From the NCBI GenBank assembly GCA_002269645.1, contig NIVC01001722.1, forward strand, positions 160,072-224,071: a DNA stretch of 64,000 nucleotides, read 5' to 3'. The position numbers and the translations under genes are program-made. Below are positions 21,232-33,969 of the stretch, in pieces. The stretch comes from Macrostomum lignano. Lineage: Eukaryota. The notes under the pieces were generated by a model. The model worked only from the letters and a program-made list of their open reading frames with translations, had not been told where the DNA came from and made no database searches. Position 1 is the stretch's first letter; each line of letters starts with the position of its first letter.

Positions 21232-23967
21232 TCAAGCGACGCCTGGCAACATGGAGGCGAGCAGGGCGCAGAGGCACAGCGCAAAGGCCAGGCTCAGCAG
21301 CAGCCGCAGGCAGCGGGCGGAGCCGCGAGCTGGGCGGGCAGCAGTCGGGCGGCCCCAGCCGCGCAGGCGAAACCAGGTGACGCACTCGGTCAAATCGTTG
21401 CTAACGGTGGGCTGGTAGCCCAGCGCATCGGCGGCGGCGGCCACGCTAAAATAATGCGTGACGCCGGTTTTGCACACCTCGGCTCTGGTTAGCCAGGGCT
21501 CGAACTCCAGGCCGAGCCGGTTAGCAACGGAGTGGGCCAGTTCGGCTAGCCAGGCCAGGCCATAGACAGCGTGATACGGCGCCGCCAGGCAGGGCGTCGG
21601 GTAGCCGAGGCCGCCGGCCAGCTTGGCGAAGAAGTCGAAATTCGGCGTCGGCGCACCGTCGGAGAGGAAGAAGGCGCGGCCGGCGACGCGGCGATCACCA
21701 AGCAGCAGGCGGTCGGCGGCCTTCACGTGACCCTTCCAGGGCGGCGGGCAGTGGCGGTTTTTGTTAGCGCGATGCTTGCTAAGCCTAATTCATATTTATA
21801 TACAATTTTAACCGGCTCTTTCTTAGAAATGTGCTTTCTTAGAAAATCTCGAAACTCCCCATCTTTTGACGTAGAAAGTAAAACTAAAACCTGACAGCTC
21901 TGGTTTCATAGAAAGGCCTTAAATTTTTCTAAGAAACAACGTTATTCTTTAGTAGAATTTTTTCTAGGCCCCAATTTCTTAGAAACTTTGAACGTCTTCC
22001 GAAATCTCTTTTTTTAAAATAAAAATTATGCATCCGTTTTTCGTAGAAAATTTTGTTTAAATTCTTCTACTTTCTTAGAAATAATCATAAATCAGAGATA
22101 AGTGAATATTCCTAGAAAGTTGCCGCCTCACCTGCACCAAATTGTCGATGTGCAGAAAGTCCACGTCGGCCTGTCGCAGGCCCAGCGCACGCGGAATGCG
22201 CCGACGGCCATGAAACCGACGGCGCGCGGCAGGTGACGCTGCTCGCCGGGGCCATAGACTCCGGCTAGGCGGAGAGCGCAGGTGAGCAGGCCTGAGTTCG
22301 AGTTGGCGGACAGCACCAGCTGCTCAGCCTCGCTTTTGGTTCGGCTGTACGCGTCCACGTGCTGAGCGGGGGCGATAGGGAATTATCAATAGGCGATTTT
22401 ACTAATAGGCGATTTTTCTAATAGGCGATTTTTCAAAATGCAATTTTTCAAGGCGATTTTTCTGATAGGTGATTTTTCTAAAAAACGATTTTTCTGATAG
22501 GCGACTTTTCTAATAGGCGATTTTACTAATGGGGATTTTTCTAATAGGCGATTTTTCTTAAACGGCGATTTTTCAAGGCGATTTTTCTACAAGGCGATTT
22601 TCTGATAGGTGATTTTTCTAAAAGGCGATTTTTCTGATAGGCGATTTTTCTAAAAGGCAATTCTTTCAGCTCGTACATCCAATTTTTATTTTAGGCGATT
22701 TCATAGCCAGCGGTGTTTTTATTAGCCGCTTTTAATTATAGGCAAAGTAGTTCAGCGGTGACGCGGCTGGCTCTCGTCGCAGGTCATTGTAAGAAATTCA
22801 GGACCCCGTGTACACCCCGTGTGAGTGTGTGCGAACTGGCCGTGACTGCTCGCCTCCTCCTTGCTGACTGTCATTAGGCTGTCCGTGCCTCATGGCCTCT
22901 CCGTCCATCGAATTCGACTTCGGCAGCCGCTAACTTAACGATTTCAAAGACTTTTCAATCATAAGCCTGCGAGCTCACCCGATCCATCGGCAGATACGGC
23001 AGGGTCTCGTCGCCGTTGCGAATCTCCTGCCCGCCGAACACCACATTGTAGGTGCTCGTGTACACCAGGGCCTTCACGCCGTGCTTCTGGCAGGCTGCCG
23101 TTTAAATAAAGATTGGCCATTTGCACTGATCTCTCTGCACCCTCGATGACCTGCCCGATCTCTCTGTACCCTCTATGACCTGTCCGATCTATCTGCACCC
23201 TCTATGACCTGCCAGATCTCTCTGCACCCTCTATGACCTGCCCGATCTCTCTGCACCCTCTATGACCTGCCCGATCTCTCTGCACCCTCTATGACCTGCC
23301 GATCTCTCTGCACCCTCTATGACCTGCCCGATCTCTCTGCACCCTCTATGACCTGCCCGATCTCTCTGCACCCTCTATGACCTGCCCGATCTCTCTGCAC
23401 CCTCTATGACCTGTCCGATCTATCTGCACCATCTATGACCTGCCCGATCTCTCTGCACCCTCTATGACCTGCCTGATCTCTCTGCACCCTGACCTTCAGA
23501 TCTCTCCGCACCTTGGTCCTTATACCTTCCTTGCTTTCCGCACGTACCCGCAATGACATTCCGAGTGCCAACCACATTAACAGCGTAGATCTTGTCCTTC
23601 TTCAGCTGCAAGTTGCAACGATATTGAAGTGTTGATACTGAATGGCAACAAAAAAGTTTACACAGGCATCTCCTACCATCTCGCCGCCCGACATGCCAAA
23701 AGAAGCTACGTGGAAAACGCAATCATATCCAGCAGAAACAGCCCGGTCCACGTCTTTGAGCTTGGCGACGTCAACCTGCACGCGCTTGAACTTGCTATCG
23801 TCCGAGCTGAACCGCAAGTCAGCAAGGCTGACAGAATCTCCGCGAGCCGCCAGAACCTGGGCAAGACTTTGGCCAACATAGCCGCCTCCGCCAGTGATAA
23901 GGAATCGGTGGCTGGGCGCCGACAGACGGTTGCTAAGGGCGCTGCTGCTGCGCAATTCGACAGGCAT
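21232..23967 (-). CDS. SDR42E1: SDR42E1-like extended short-chain dehydrogenase (3-beta-HSD family), about 398 aa after correcting one frameshift
   Basis: Exons 23967-23677, 23605-23548, 23094-22979, 22361-22132, 21732-21232. Rossmann motif TGGGGYVG, HVASFGMSG, YTSTYNVVFGGQEIRNGDETLPY, catalytic YSRTK, RLAGVYGPGEQRHLPR, DFLHIDNLVQ, AFFLSDG, VTHYFS, C-terminal hydrophobic helix. Exon 4 is 230 nt and needs one extra base near 22181-22183. Confidence 0.88.
22385..22700. repeat. Degenerate ~17-bp intronic array (TTTTCTAATAGGCGAT)
   Basis: Located in SDR42E1 intron 22362-22978. Confidence 0.8.
22741..22925 (+). mobile_element. Degenerate, internally deleted tRNA-SINE relative
   Basis: A-box-like GTAGTTCAGCGGTGACGCGGCTG and GTACACCCCGTGTGAGTGTGTGC resemble the head and body of the 1520-1881 SINE. 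Confidence 0.4.
23125..23500. repeat. Intronic 29-bp minisatellite (GACCTGCCCGATCTCTCTGCACCCTCTAT)n
   Basis: Located in SDR42E1 intron 23095-23547. Confidence 0.95.
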
Positions 23968-24060
23968 TGTCGAATATCGATTACTTTAAATAACTTCTGT
24001 ACCTTTTGTATTAATTGAAATTTTTCAGCTGAAAATTTTCATTAAGACCATAGTATAAAC

Positions 24061-24852
24061 GTACTAAAGTACTAACGTGCTAAAGTACTAACGTACTAAC
24101 GTACTAAAGTACTAACGTACTAAAGTACTAACGTACTAAAGTACTAACGTACTAAAGTACTAACGTACTAAAGTACTAACGTACTAAAGTACTAACGTAC
24201 TAAAGTACTAACGTACTAAAGTACTAACGTACTAAAGTACTAACGTACTAAAGTACTAACGTACTAAAGTACTAACGTACTAAAGTACTAACGTACTAAA
24301 GTACTAACGTACTAAAGTACTAACGTACTAAAGTACTAACGTACTAAAGTACTAACGTACTAAAGTACTAACGTACTAAAGTACTAACGTACTAAAGTAC
24401 TAACGTACTAAAGTACTAACGTACTAAAGTACTAACGTACTAAAGTACTAACGTACTAAAGTACTAACGTACTAAAGTACTAACGTACTAAAGTACTAAC
24501 GTACTAAAGTACTAACGTACTAAAGTACTAACGTACTAAAGTACTAACGTACTAAAGTACTAACGTACTAAAGTACTAACGTACTAAAGTACTAACGTAC
24601 TAAAGTACTAACGTACTAAAGTACTAACGTACTAAAGTACTAACGTACTAAAGTACTAACGTACTAAAGTACTAACGTACTAAAGTACTAACGTACTAAA
24701 GTACTAACGTACTAAAGTACTAACGTACTAAAGTACTAACGTACTAAAGTACTAACGTACTAAAGTACTAACGTACTAAAGTACTAACGTACTAAAGTAC
24801 TAACGTACTAAAGTACTAACGTACTAAAGTACTAACGTACTAAACTACTAAC
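24061..24852. repeat. Near-perfect 16-bp array (GTACTAAAGTACTAAC)n
   Basis: About 49 copies just upstream of the SDR42E1 start codon. Confidence 0.97.
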
Positions 24853-25490
24853 AGGCGAGACTTACCTTAGTACTTTACAGGATTCTTTACAGTATTCTGT
24901 AAATATAAACTTGTACTAAACTACACAAATTTAATGAAGACAAGACACAGAAGGCAAAACGCTTTTAACTCCAATGGATCGACAAACTGCGGAAAACAGA
25001 AAATGCCGTCAGTTCATGCTTAACAACTAGAGTTGGCCAGCATAGGAAGAAGCAGATTGACTGTTTAAGTTGTATTTATTTGTTGTTTCGATCTTTGCTT
25101 TTCACAATAATTCACAAAGCAACCTGTGGCATACAAGGATGAACAAACATGTAAACCTTTGTATATAGGAACTCAAAATCAGAGCTAAAATATCTGCACT
25201 AGATATTAGAATCCTGTATCATATTCTAGAATTCTGTACCAGACAATACAATCCTGTGCAAGACCCTACAATCCTGTACCAGACCTTAGAACCCATGCCA
25301 GACCCTAGAATGAGACACCAAATACAAGCATGCTAGTTATACTACATAATTCTTTAACCAAAGACCCACACGCAGTTCCCAACAAGACTCCCTAATAATT
25401 CCTCTTCCGTTAGAACAACGCAGGTAATGCCACGAATATTTCTCATTCGAATCAGTTGAGACAGAGAGTCAGTTCCAAAGTCACTGGCCT

Positions 25491-28400
25491 TTATTTGGCT
25501 TCCCCATCAGCTGACGCCTCCAGACCCTTCTTCCTGTAGCGCTTGTGAGGATATTTACGCCGCCAGGCAGTCCGCGACCTCGGCTCCAACATGCTGCGCC
25601 GCTGGTAGCTCTTCACGGCGTCCACAAACAGGTCGCCCTCGGGCCGCAGCTGCCGCAGGCTGGGCGCCAGTTCGTCGGCCAGTTTAAACTCGGCTTCGGG
25701 CTCCTCGAACCTGTGCCGGCCCAGCCGTTTGGTGCCAGAGGCGCGTTCGCGGCGCTTAGCAAGCCGCGCCTGACGCTGACGGTCGCCGGCGGCCAGAGAA
25801 CGGCCAACTTGGCGGCTCAGCTCGGTCAGGCGGTCCAAATCGACTGATTGGCGCTTGCGGCGCTTCAACTCGGCGGCCTGGGCGCGCTGGCGGCGCACCT
25901 CAGCGTTCTGCTTGCTGCTGGTGCGGCCGGCCGGCTGGAATAAAACAAAATTGTTAAAAGAGCAAATTTAGTAACATTGGACTAGCCAATGCGCCCCCCC
26001 TCGGGTGCAAAACTCCTAATGCTGAACTTTAGACCAATAGCAAGACCAACCTAATTAGAATTAGGGACGTAACACCTAAATTTCTTAGAATTGTTTTGAA
26101 GGCCGACTTTATGGAAGAGATGACCTACCATAATAGGAAATACCATAATAGTATTATTATTAGTATTATTTTGTCTTTGGAACTAGTCGTGCGCTTCACA
26201 CCCACTAGTGAGGGCCAATCTTCAAAACACAGAGATCGAGTGTGACATGCCTGAATTTCTCAGGGCCGCTGTACACTCGGGAGTGAGCTTGTATGTTTGC
26301 ATGTGCTTAGGAGTCAGTGGAATTGGCAGTATCGCTGCATTACTGGCTAAAGAATGATGCCTATTATGCTTGTAGGGTGTCCAAGATGTCTAAGGTGTCT
26401 AGTTCTAGAACTCTACAAATCCCATGAGGTTGTAGTGTGAGCATCTTTTGCGTATTCTATTAGTTAGGTTTTGCATTATTGTTATTGAATTATTATTTTG
26501 CTTTAGTTTAGTCATACGTTTTTGGTGTACTTTTTCCTTGTTAGTTAGAATCAATTTTGCGTAAACAGGTTAGAGTTAGACGCCATTTGTGACTCAGCGG
26601 AGGGTTGAGTTTTTCTGCGAACCCCAGCTTTGCGCGGCCAGCCAATCAGAACCGGCCTGGACCCTGGCACGCGGCAAGTTTCAATTCTACCCGGCGCCGC
26701 GGGCACAGTACAATTCGGCTTAGCAAGCGGCCGGCCAGACGACCACCACCCGGCTTGAGGGGGTTTTGAGGGGTTGTGACTCTGACTATATATGAAAGTG
26801 TGTTTGGCAATCAGATCTCGCCTTCCTTTCCGCCTTTCGTTCCCCGGTTCTTGGTTTTGTCCAGCTTCCCGGCCGGTGGCCTAGCTGTTTCCCTTTGGTT
26901 CGCGCTTTGAGGCGTTTTGATTCGTCACCCCCGGTCCATATCTTTGTTCCCTTGCCCAACCGCTTCAGTCTTGTGGCGTAACGCCTACGGCAAATTCCTG
27001 TCTGAAGTCGTCGCTGTCAAGCGCGGTTAGATAGAGACTGTCGGATCTGATCAAGTACGCGGCCTCGACCCCGAGGGCCTCAGTGTTACACTGAAGGGCA
27101 GTGCCGATAGAATTTAGTCGGTACTCCGTTGAACGGTCGGTTCGGCAGGGCTCTCGTTTGAGAGTAGGTTCTGGTTTAGGCCAGGGGTTAGGAGTCTTCT
27201 CCGTGGTCGTGTTCGGTTTTCTTCCTCTTCTTCATCAGCTGAGATCTGCTTGCCAGTTGCGTAATCTAATTATTATTATTAACCGTTATTGTCGTTTTGT
27301 CAACTCTAGTTATCTGCGCCGTTTGAATTTGAATCTTGTAACTTGAAGTAATCAAATTAAATCGTCTAGCCAATTATCAGTTTGTATCACATAGGATTAT
27401 CACTCTCTAAATCTTTCGGTTTGTGTTCCCTCGTGTTCTTTCTTTTCTGGTACTGTACCTGCGGCTATTGGAGAAGACTGGTAGGACTCGCCGACCGGCG
27501 ATAGGCGATTAGGATTAATAGCTTTAAAATCTCTGACGCTCCAAGTAGGTTTGTCTAGGGCCTAAATAATTGCTCACCGTGCATGCTATTTATCTAATTG
27601 CCTTTTTATCACAAGGTGGCCGCGCGATTCGATGGCTGCTTTCTTAGACAGATGGTGTGCAAGTTTAAAAGCTTTAAAGAGAGATTCGCATCGCATTCTT
27701 TACTCGCTACTCGTTAATAGATTGACTTGCACAAAGTCCTTCAGAAACCTACTGGTTCTGAAAGTTTGCCTTTATTATTAAGTTACCTGGTCCGACTTTG
27801 CGACGGGCGGCGGTTCGCTAGGCGTCGAATCGTCCACTTCTTTGTCAACAATGTCATCGCCCTCGCCCTCGCTATCGCTCTCAAACAGTCCGGCCGCCAT
27901 CTCCTTGTCATTGGCGGCAGCGAGCGCCGCCGCGGCGCCAGCTGTACCAGGGAAATGGCGCTCCATCTGGCCGTGAAGCCGCTTGGCCCGGGACTCCTTG
28001 ACCAACTCGGACTGGGTGGCCGCGGCCAGCATGGCCTCGTGATCGGCCAGAGAAGGATTGTATGAAGCGCCAGGCTGGGGCACCGGACAGGCTGGCGCCG
28101 AGCTAGTGCCGGTTCGAAACCGGCGCTTAACAGGCGCTTGACGAGTGCAGCGCATTTGATGCAGCACCAGATCTTTGATATCGGTGTCAGCTGACGACTC
28201 GGGCTTGGGGTCCGAGCCCCACAGGTCCATGGTCTGTGGACCGGCTGCCTTGTCCTGATCGGCAGCGGCCGCATGTTTGACCAGGCGATCCAACGGCCGA
28301 GAATTGAATTTCTTTTGACGCTTCGACTCGGCGACTGGAGCGGAGGCGGCGCCCGATGGCAGCGACTCGTGGCAGCGAAGGCCGGACAGAATCCGCGAGG

Positions 28401-29193
28401 TGGCCGAGGAGCCGCTGCCCTCAACCTTGGCTTGCTGCTGTTGCTGCCGGCTCTGGCGCCGCCGCTGGCCCGGCTCGCCGACGTCAATGAAGAATCCACC
28501 ACTGCGGCGTCTGGAGGCGAAAAATGAAGCATTGGAGCCTTGCTGCTTTGGTTTTTAATTAGTGTTTCACAGATTATAAGCTGGCGCCACATCCAATTTC
28601 CTAGATTTCAGCTGGCGCCACATCTATATCCCTAGATTTCGGCTGGCGCCACAGCCAATTCCATAGATTTCGGTAGGGCCACAGCCAATTCCATAGATTT
28701 CGGTTGGCGCCGCAGCCAACTGCCTAGATTTCAGTTGGCGCCACATCTATATCCTAGATTTCAGTTGGCGCCACATCTACATCCTAGATTTCCGTTGGCG
28801 CCACACCTATATCCTAGCTTTCGATTGGCGCCACATCTATATCCTAGATTTCAGTTGGCGCCACATCTATATCCTAGATTTCAGTTGGCGCCACATCTAT
28901 ATCCTAAACTTCAGTTGGCGCCACATCTATATCCTAGATTTCGGTTGGCGCCACAGCAAATTCTCTAGATTTCGGTTGGCGCCAAAAACCTCTCCCAACA
29001 GATTTCCCGTGAGCTCCATCAACTGAGTTGGAAAACATCAATCAAGAGGTCGCCCCAGAACGCACCTGATCAGCTCTGCCGTGGTCTGTTCTGGCAGCAA
29101 ATTATCAACATCTCGAGACAATTTGCGCCAAGTCTTCTTTTTATTTCTTGATAATCTCAGCCGCTTGGCTGCTGGCTTAGCCGGGTCGGCCAT
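25491..29193 (-). CDS. NOP53: Ribosome biogenesis protein NOP53 (GLTSCR2/PICT1), about 431 aa
   Basis: Exons 29193-29066, 28510-27787, 25934-25491, phase-consistent. N-terminal SRNKKKTWRK, AIM-like GFFIDVG, middle YNPSLADHEAML, C-terminal KRLGRHRFEEPEAEFKLADELAPSLRQLRPEGDLFVDAVKSYQRRSMLEPR typical of Nop53. Confidence 0.88.
26240..26337 (+). mobile_element. Diverged fragment of the same SINE family (3' half)
   Basis: ACATGCCT..AGGGCCGCTGTACA..GTGAG..CTTGTATG..GGAGTCAGTGGAATTGGCAGTA aligns by eye with the 3' half of the 1520-1881 SINE. Confidence 0.55.
26588..27391. mobile_element. Solo-LTR-like segment in a NOP53 intron
   Basis: Bounded by TGTGA...TCACA, with internal TATA-like and ATTAAA signals; no matching TSD found. 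Confidence 0.25.
28580..28985. repeat. Intronic 30-bp minisatellite (TTGGCGCCACATCTATATCCTAGATTTCAG)n
   Basis: Located in NOP53 intron 28511-29065. Confidence 0.9.
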
Positions 29194-30716
29194 GAATAAA
29201 AATTGCTGGAGTTTATTTTTGTTGTCGTGTAATGCTTCTGCCAAATGCAATCTGGCAATCCTCATTTTGTATGTGACAGGCCTAGGGGGATTTGTGTCAC
29301 AGGGCGTGTCGTGACACATCACCTTCAATTTTGGCTACCTGGATTTGGACCCCGGATGCCAAATTAGCACCAGATGGTGATTAGTAGTTTTTGGAATTTC
29401 CTGGAAAAATAGTTATTTTCATCACATAGCCAATGATTGCGTTTGATTGGGGAAAGTAAAGATAATAATTCTTTTAATTTAGCTTGCACTACATGTTACT
29501 CTGCAGTGCATTTCTGCTAGGTAATCTTCACTGCGCAAGATCAAATGCAATCATTGATTTTGTGATGAAAAAAAGATTTTTTCCTTTTACCGCCGTGAAT
29601 TTTTTGCAGCAAATCGGCCTCCAAAAAAACTACACGATCTTTGAGTTTTACGTCCTGTTATACTACTTGTAAGACTTGTATGTGGGCTCAGCAGTGTAAC
29701 TGGTAGGGTAGGGATGTTAGTACTTTATTTGATTTCCAATTTTTGACTGATGCCTAGGACCGCAAAAAGTAGATTAACTACAGATAGATATGTCACTCCT
29801 AGAAAATGCGCTTATCTACTTATTTAGTAGTAATGTTAGTGTTTTTTAATAGAAAAACTATGAGATTATAAATTTTAGTACCTGTGGCTTTACGCTTAAA
29901 AACCTATTGTCAGACAGATAAATAAACAAAAGAATTAAAAGTTTTGATTTTCCAGTTTAACTGAAACCAAATAAACACGCGAATATGGTTTAGCATTAAA
30001 ATATAAAAAAAACGATCAAAGAGTGTTATCCAACGGTAGAAAAAACCTTCGGAACACCAACATAGCTTAGCATAGATAATGTGTATTAAAATCCGTTAAT
30101 GAAGTCATGACGGTGAGTAGATAAGCAGCAAAATCTATTGAAATAAAGCTAACGCATCAATGATCCCAATATACATAAACACTTGGCATTACGAAGGCAC
30201 AGAAACTTCTTTGTGTTTGACGTCGCAAACAAAATAAATAACGGAATGCAGTCTGATAAATAAAATAGAAAATGAGCAGCTTCATTACGCATAATAAGTT
30301 ATAACGAGGCACAAAATTAGCAAGGATAGGACAAAGTACAGCTGTGTGGTTAGAACTTGTGACCAGCTGAAACTGTTCTTGCTTAACAGTTTCAACTGGA
30401 TTTGAACTTGCTAAACTCTTGGTCAGTTTTAAATAAATTTCTCTTAAGAAATAAAGATAACAGTCTGATGGACCGGGTGAAAACGGTGCCTTGGACCAAG
30501 AAGCGTCCCAAGAAGTGTCATTTGCTTCGCCCCAGAGTTGTTTCAGGTAACACAGGTAAAGTAGGAAAGGAAGTGTAAAAAGCGAAAGAAAAGAATATTG
30601 ATTTTTTATTAGTGGATAGCTGAACCTCCTGTCCAGGTCTGTTTGAGTAGTCCATGACAGGCGTCTTGTATGCATCAGCATGGTTCAGAAAAGTACTTTC
30701 ATCTGGATTCCAGGTC

Positions 30717-31163
30717 TCATTCAATTTCCAGCAGAAGATCGGCCTTCCCGTTGTTCTGCTCCACTTTGCTGCACTCGCCGAAGCCGGCAGACTCGCCGTC
30801 GCACTGGACAGACACAGAGCGCGTGCTGTGCTCCTCATAGCCGAATAGGCAGCTATCGATCAGGCTTGAGCAGCAGTACAATGCCACTACTAGGAGCAGC
30901 AATAGCAGCAACAGCAGCAACAGCATCGCTAGATTTGACAGGCCATGCGACCAGCCGAATCGCATCAGGTAGTGCAGCGGCACGAATCGCCATTCAACAA
31001 TATACACTTCGTCTCGTTGAATAGCTACGTTGCTGTGGAGGCCGGCGGATCTGGCTTCCAGAATTAACTGGCGCAACTGGTGGTCCCGCGTAGCGGTGAA
31101 GTTGCGCAGTATAGCCTGCAGAACGCTGCGCGAATCCATGAGATTTGCGGGGGTATATGCTAG
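30717..31163 (-). CDS. Possible terminal exon of an unidentified single-pass membrane protein
   Basis: GC-rich open frame (ORF 30717-31169) after a candidate acceptor, with a strong hydrophobic segment LAMLLLLLLLLLLLVVALYCC. No family recognised and upstream exons not located. Confidence 0.35.
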   Translation of the reverse strand, partial: LAYTPANLMDSRSVLQAILRNFTATRDHQLRQLILEARSAGLHSNVAIQRDEVYIVEWRFVPLHYLMRFGWSHGLSNLAMLLLLLLLLLLLVVALYCCSSLIDSCLFGYEEHSTRSVSVQCDGESAGFGECSKVEQNNGKADLLLEIE

Positions 31164-33139
31164 TAACATACTGTAAACATTAATTTATATTCAGATTTTT
31201 ATAGATTTCTATAAAACTGAACTTGATGGTTTAGCATACATTTGAATTTTCTTCGAAACAAGTTCACACAAGTTTTAAAACTATATAAACTGCACTATTG
31301 TGTCATAAATTGACGGGTTAACTTAATGATAGTGTTGTTCCGCTGGTATTTCTACTATAAGTATGGTATAACGTAAATACTAACTATATTAATATTATTC
31401 TCGTTTTTTACACATACTATCACTTTCAGTAGAGTGGTTAATAAATTATCTGTATAATGTATTATTGATCATGTGACATCTCTGGCTCTAAAATATTATT
31501 TGTGTAGTTTTTCTAGTGGATGCTTTATAATATAAATAAAGCAACTGAGCGCATCTTGCACTTTAACTTTACAATTACAACTGGAAAGCTCCTATATTTG
31601 GCTATACAACACTTACATCAATAGCTTGACAGAATATAACTTGAAACACTTGAGATGCATCTTTTTCTCAAACGGATAACTGTGAAACTTATATAATGGA
31701 CTGAATAGTTTACTAGCAAAATTTTCAACAGATAAATAAATATTAGACTCTAAATTGGAATTCTCATACTTCTTTGAAAAGATCATATCATAATCATATG
31801 TGCACAGACTTCAGAATTTTAGAGTGAATGAAAGAGCTTTTCTTTCTTTTTCTTTTCATTTTTTATGTTTTTTCTTGCTTCATTTTATTTTTCATTCTTT
31901 TGCATGCATACTAGGTCAGCTAGGTGTTGCAAATGTATGAAAATGATTATAATTTTAGACCATAGCTTTTAGATAGACTATATTTCAATAAGCTAGGGTA
32001 AAGAATATCAATTAGGGCCTACTTGTCCCATTCAAAAAATATTAGCTAGGCCTTTGTTCAAATAAATGCCAAGTAGTTATGTTCTACAATACCCTGATTA
32101 TAGCTCTGGCTATATAGAATACTAATACTAAGAGAAAGCAAATACTCTTATAGATATACCCAAGGGAATATTATAGTTAAAAGCTTTTATTATAAATTTT
32201 ATTGGTTTGCAAAAATTAGAAAGCAAAATAAAAGAGAATTATATCATTAATCAAGCAAAAGGTAAAAATAAGTATTTTAGTAATAAAAATAGAAAATTTT
32301 TATTTTACCAAATTTGTCTTGCTATAATATTAATAATGACTATAGCTATAGTATGTAGTAAGCAACCACAAAAATATAGATACTTATAGATATTGGTTTT
32401 TTTTTCATTTTATTTTATAAAAAGTAATTTCCATTTTAAGCAAAGCTGTTGATCTTGGCAGTTTAGGTGGCGTTCTTAGATAAGTAAGTGATAAAAAATT
32501 GGCTTTATTCTGCAACACATATTAGACAAAGATTCTAAGGAATTGCTTGCTGAATAGTTGCTATGTAATCATCTAGAATTGCAATTATAGGCTTCAACAT
32601 CTGATGCAATATAGGCCATGATGATTTGCCAATAATGACATTCTGTATTAAAATCACAAAAATCATAGTGGATCACTAAAAGGAAAAAAATCAATACAAT
32701 TGATTAGATTAACTAATCTTAACTAATTTTGCATATGAATACAGGCACTTAGACACAAGGGTATAGAATTGAGCTATTTTGCTACTTCAAATGTTTTATA
32801 AATTGATTATATATAATTTATTGCTATTGCTATTCCTTCTCCAGTGTTAGGTGTTAGAATCTCTAGTGTCTATCTTTTAAACAACCATGCCGCTCAAATG
32901 ACCACTCCACTACAATTATAACTACCCTCCCCCAGAATTTGAGGACCCCAACAGTTAGAGTAAAACAAGAGAAAGAATTTTGTTGTGATTTGTCTGTGTG
33001 ACTCTCTGGATTTATTCGTGTGAATGCAACACTGACGGGAATTCAAATGTAGAATCTGTCCTTCTTCATTAGTGACAGCAATTGACTTTAATCATCCAAA
33101 AAAACTTTCTCCACTCCTACACCCCATCTCCAGCCACCT

Positions 33140-33398
33140 CATACATGCGCAACTGCTGGCCGACCTGGCCGATCTGGCCACCGTAAATTGTGGTTGCAAA
33201 GTTGCAAAAATGCCTAACCTAAAGAATACAGACAGAGTACTAATTAGATGACGAGGCATTTAGCCATAATAAGACAGTCATAGTTTCTCCTGCCGTTTAC
33301 CCAAAATTGCGTTAAGGTTTCTTTTATAGGTAAGTTGCATTTTTGGTCAAAAAGTAAGTTGCACGGCCAGTGTAAATCAGGGGGGTTGCGCATGTATG
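33140..33398. mobile_element. hAT-type MITE, 259 bp
   Basis: Perfect 14-bp TIR CATACATGCGCAAC/GTTGCGCATGTATG with 8-bp TSD AGCCACCT at 33132-33139 and 33399-33406. Confidence 0.85.
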
Positions 33399-33969
33399 AG
33401 CCACCTCAAAAGTATACAAATTATAGCTACATACATATATAGCACTAAGCAATTTTTACCTAGAGTGAACTAAATTAAATAGCAATTTCTTGGAAAAATT
33501 TATTGAAAAACTGACATTTTTTCACCCACAATCTATGATTTTGTTTAGTTTCATTTTAGGATTCCTATTAAAAATGAATAGAAAGGCAATATAGTTTATC
33601 AAAAGATTGCTATATAATAATTATATTTTATTTCATAATTAGGCCTATCTCATCTCAATAGTAAAATTATATTTATATACTCATATAGAATATAGGGAGA
33701 TCATAGAAAGTAAAAAAATAAAAAGTAGTTTTCCAACTAAACTAATAACTGCTAGTCAGTTAATCAAATCAAGTCAAAACCAACTATAAGTATAAAGGCT
33801 ACATTTTTAAAGATAGAAAACAAATTTAAATTTAATATACCATTGTATCATATTTGTTTTTTATGTTTTTGTGCAGATACATACCTTTTCTTACTTTTAT
33901 CTTATAACCTTATCTCATTATAAAATTTACTAAGAGATCATAAGATTAAAGTGAAGGGCACACACACAT

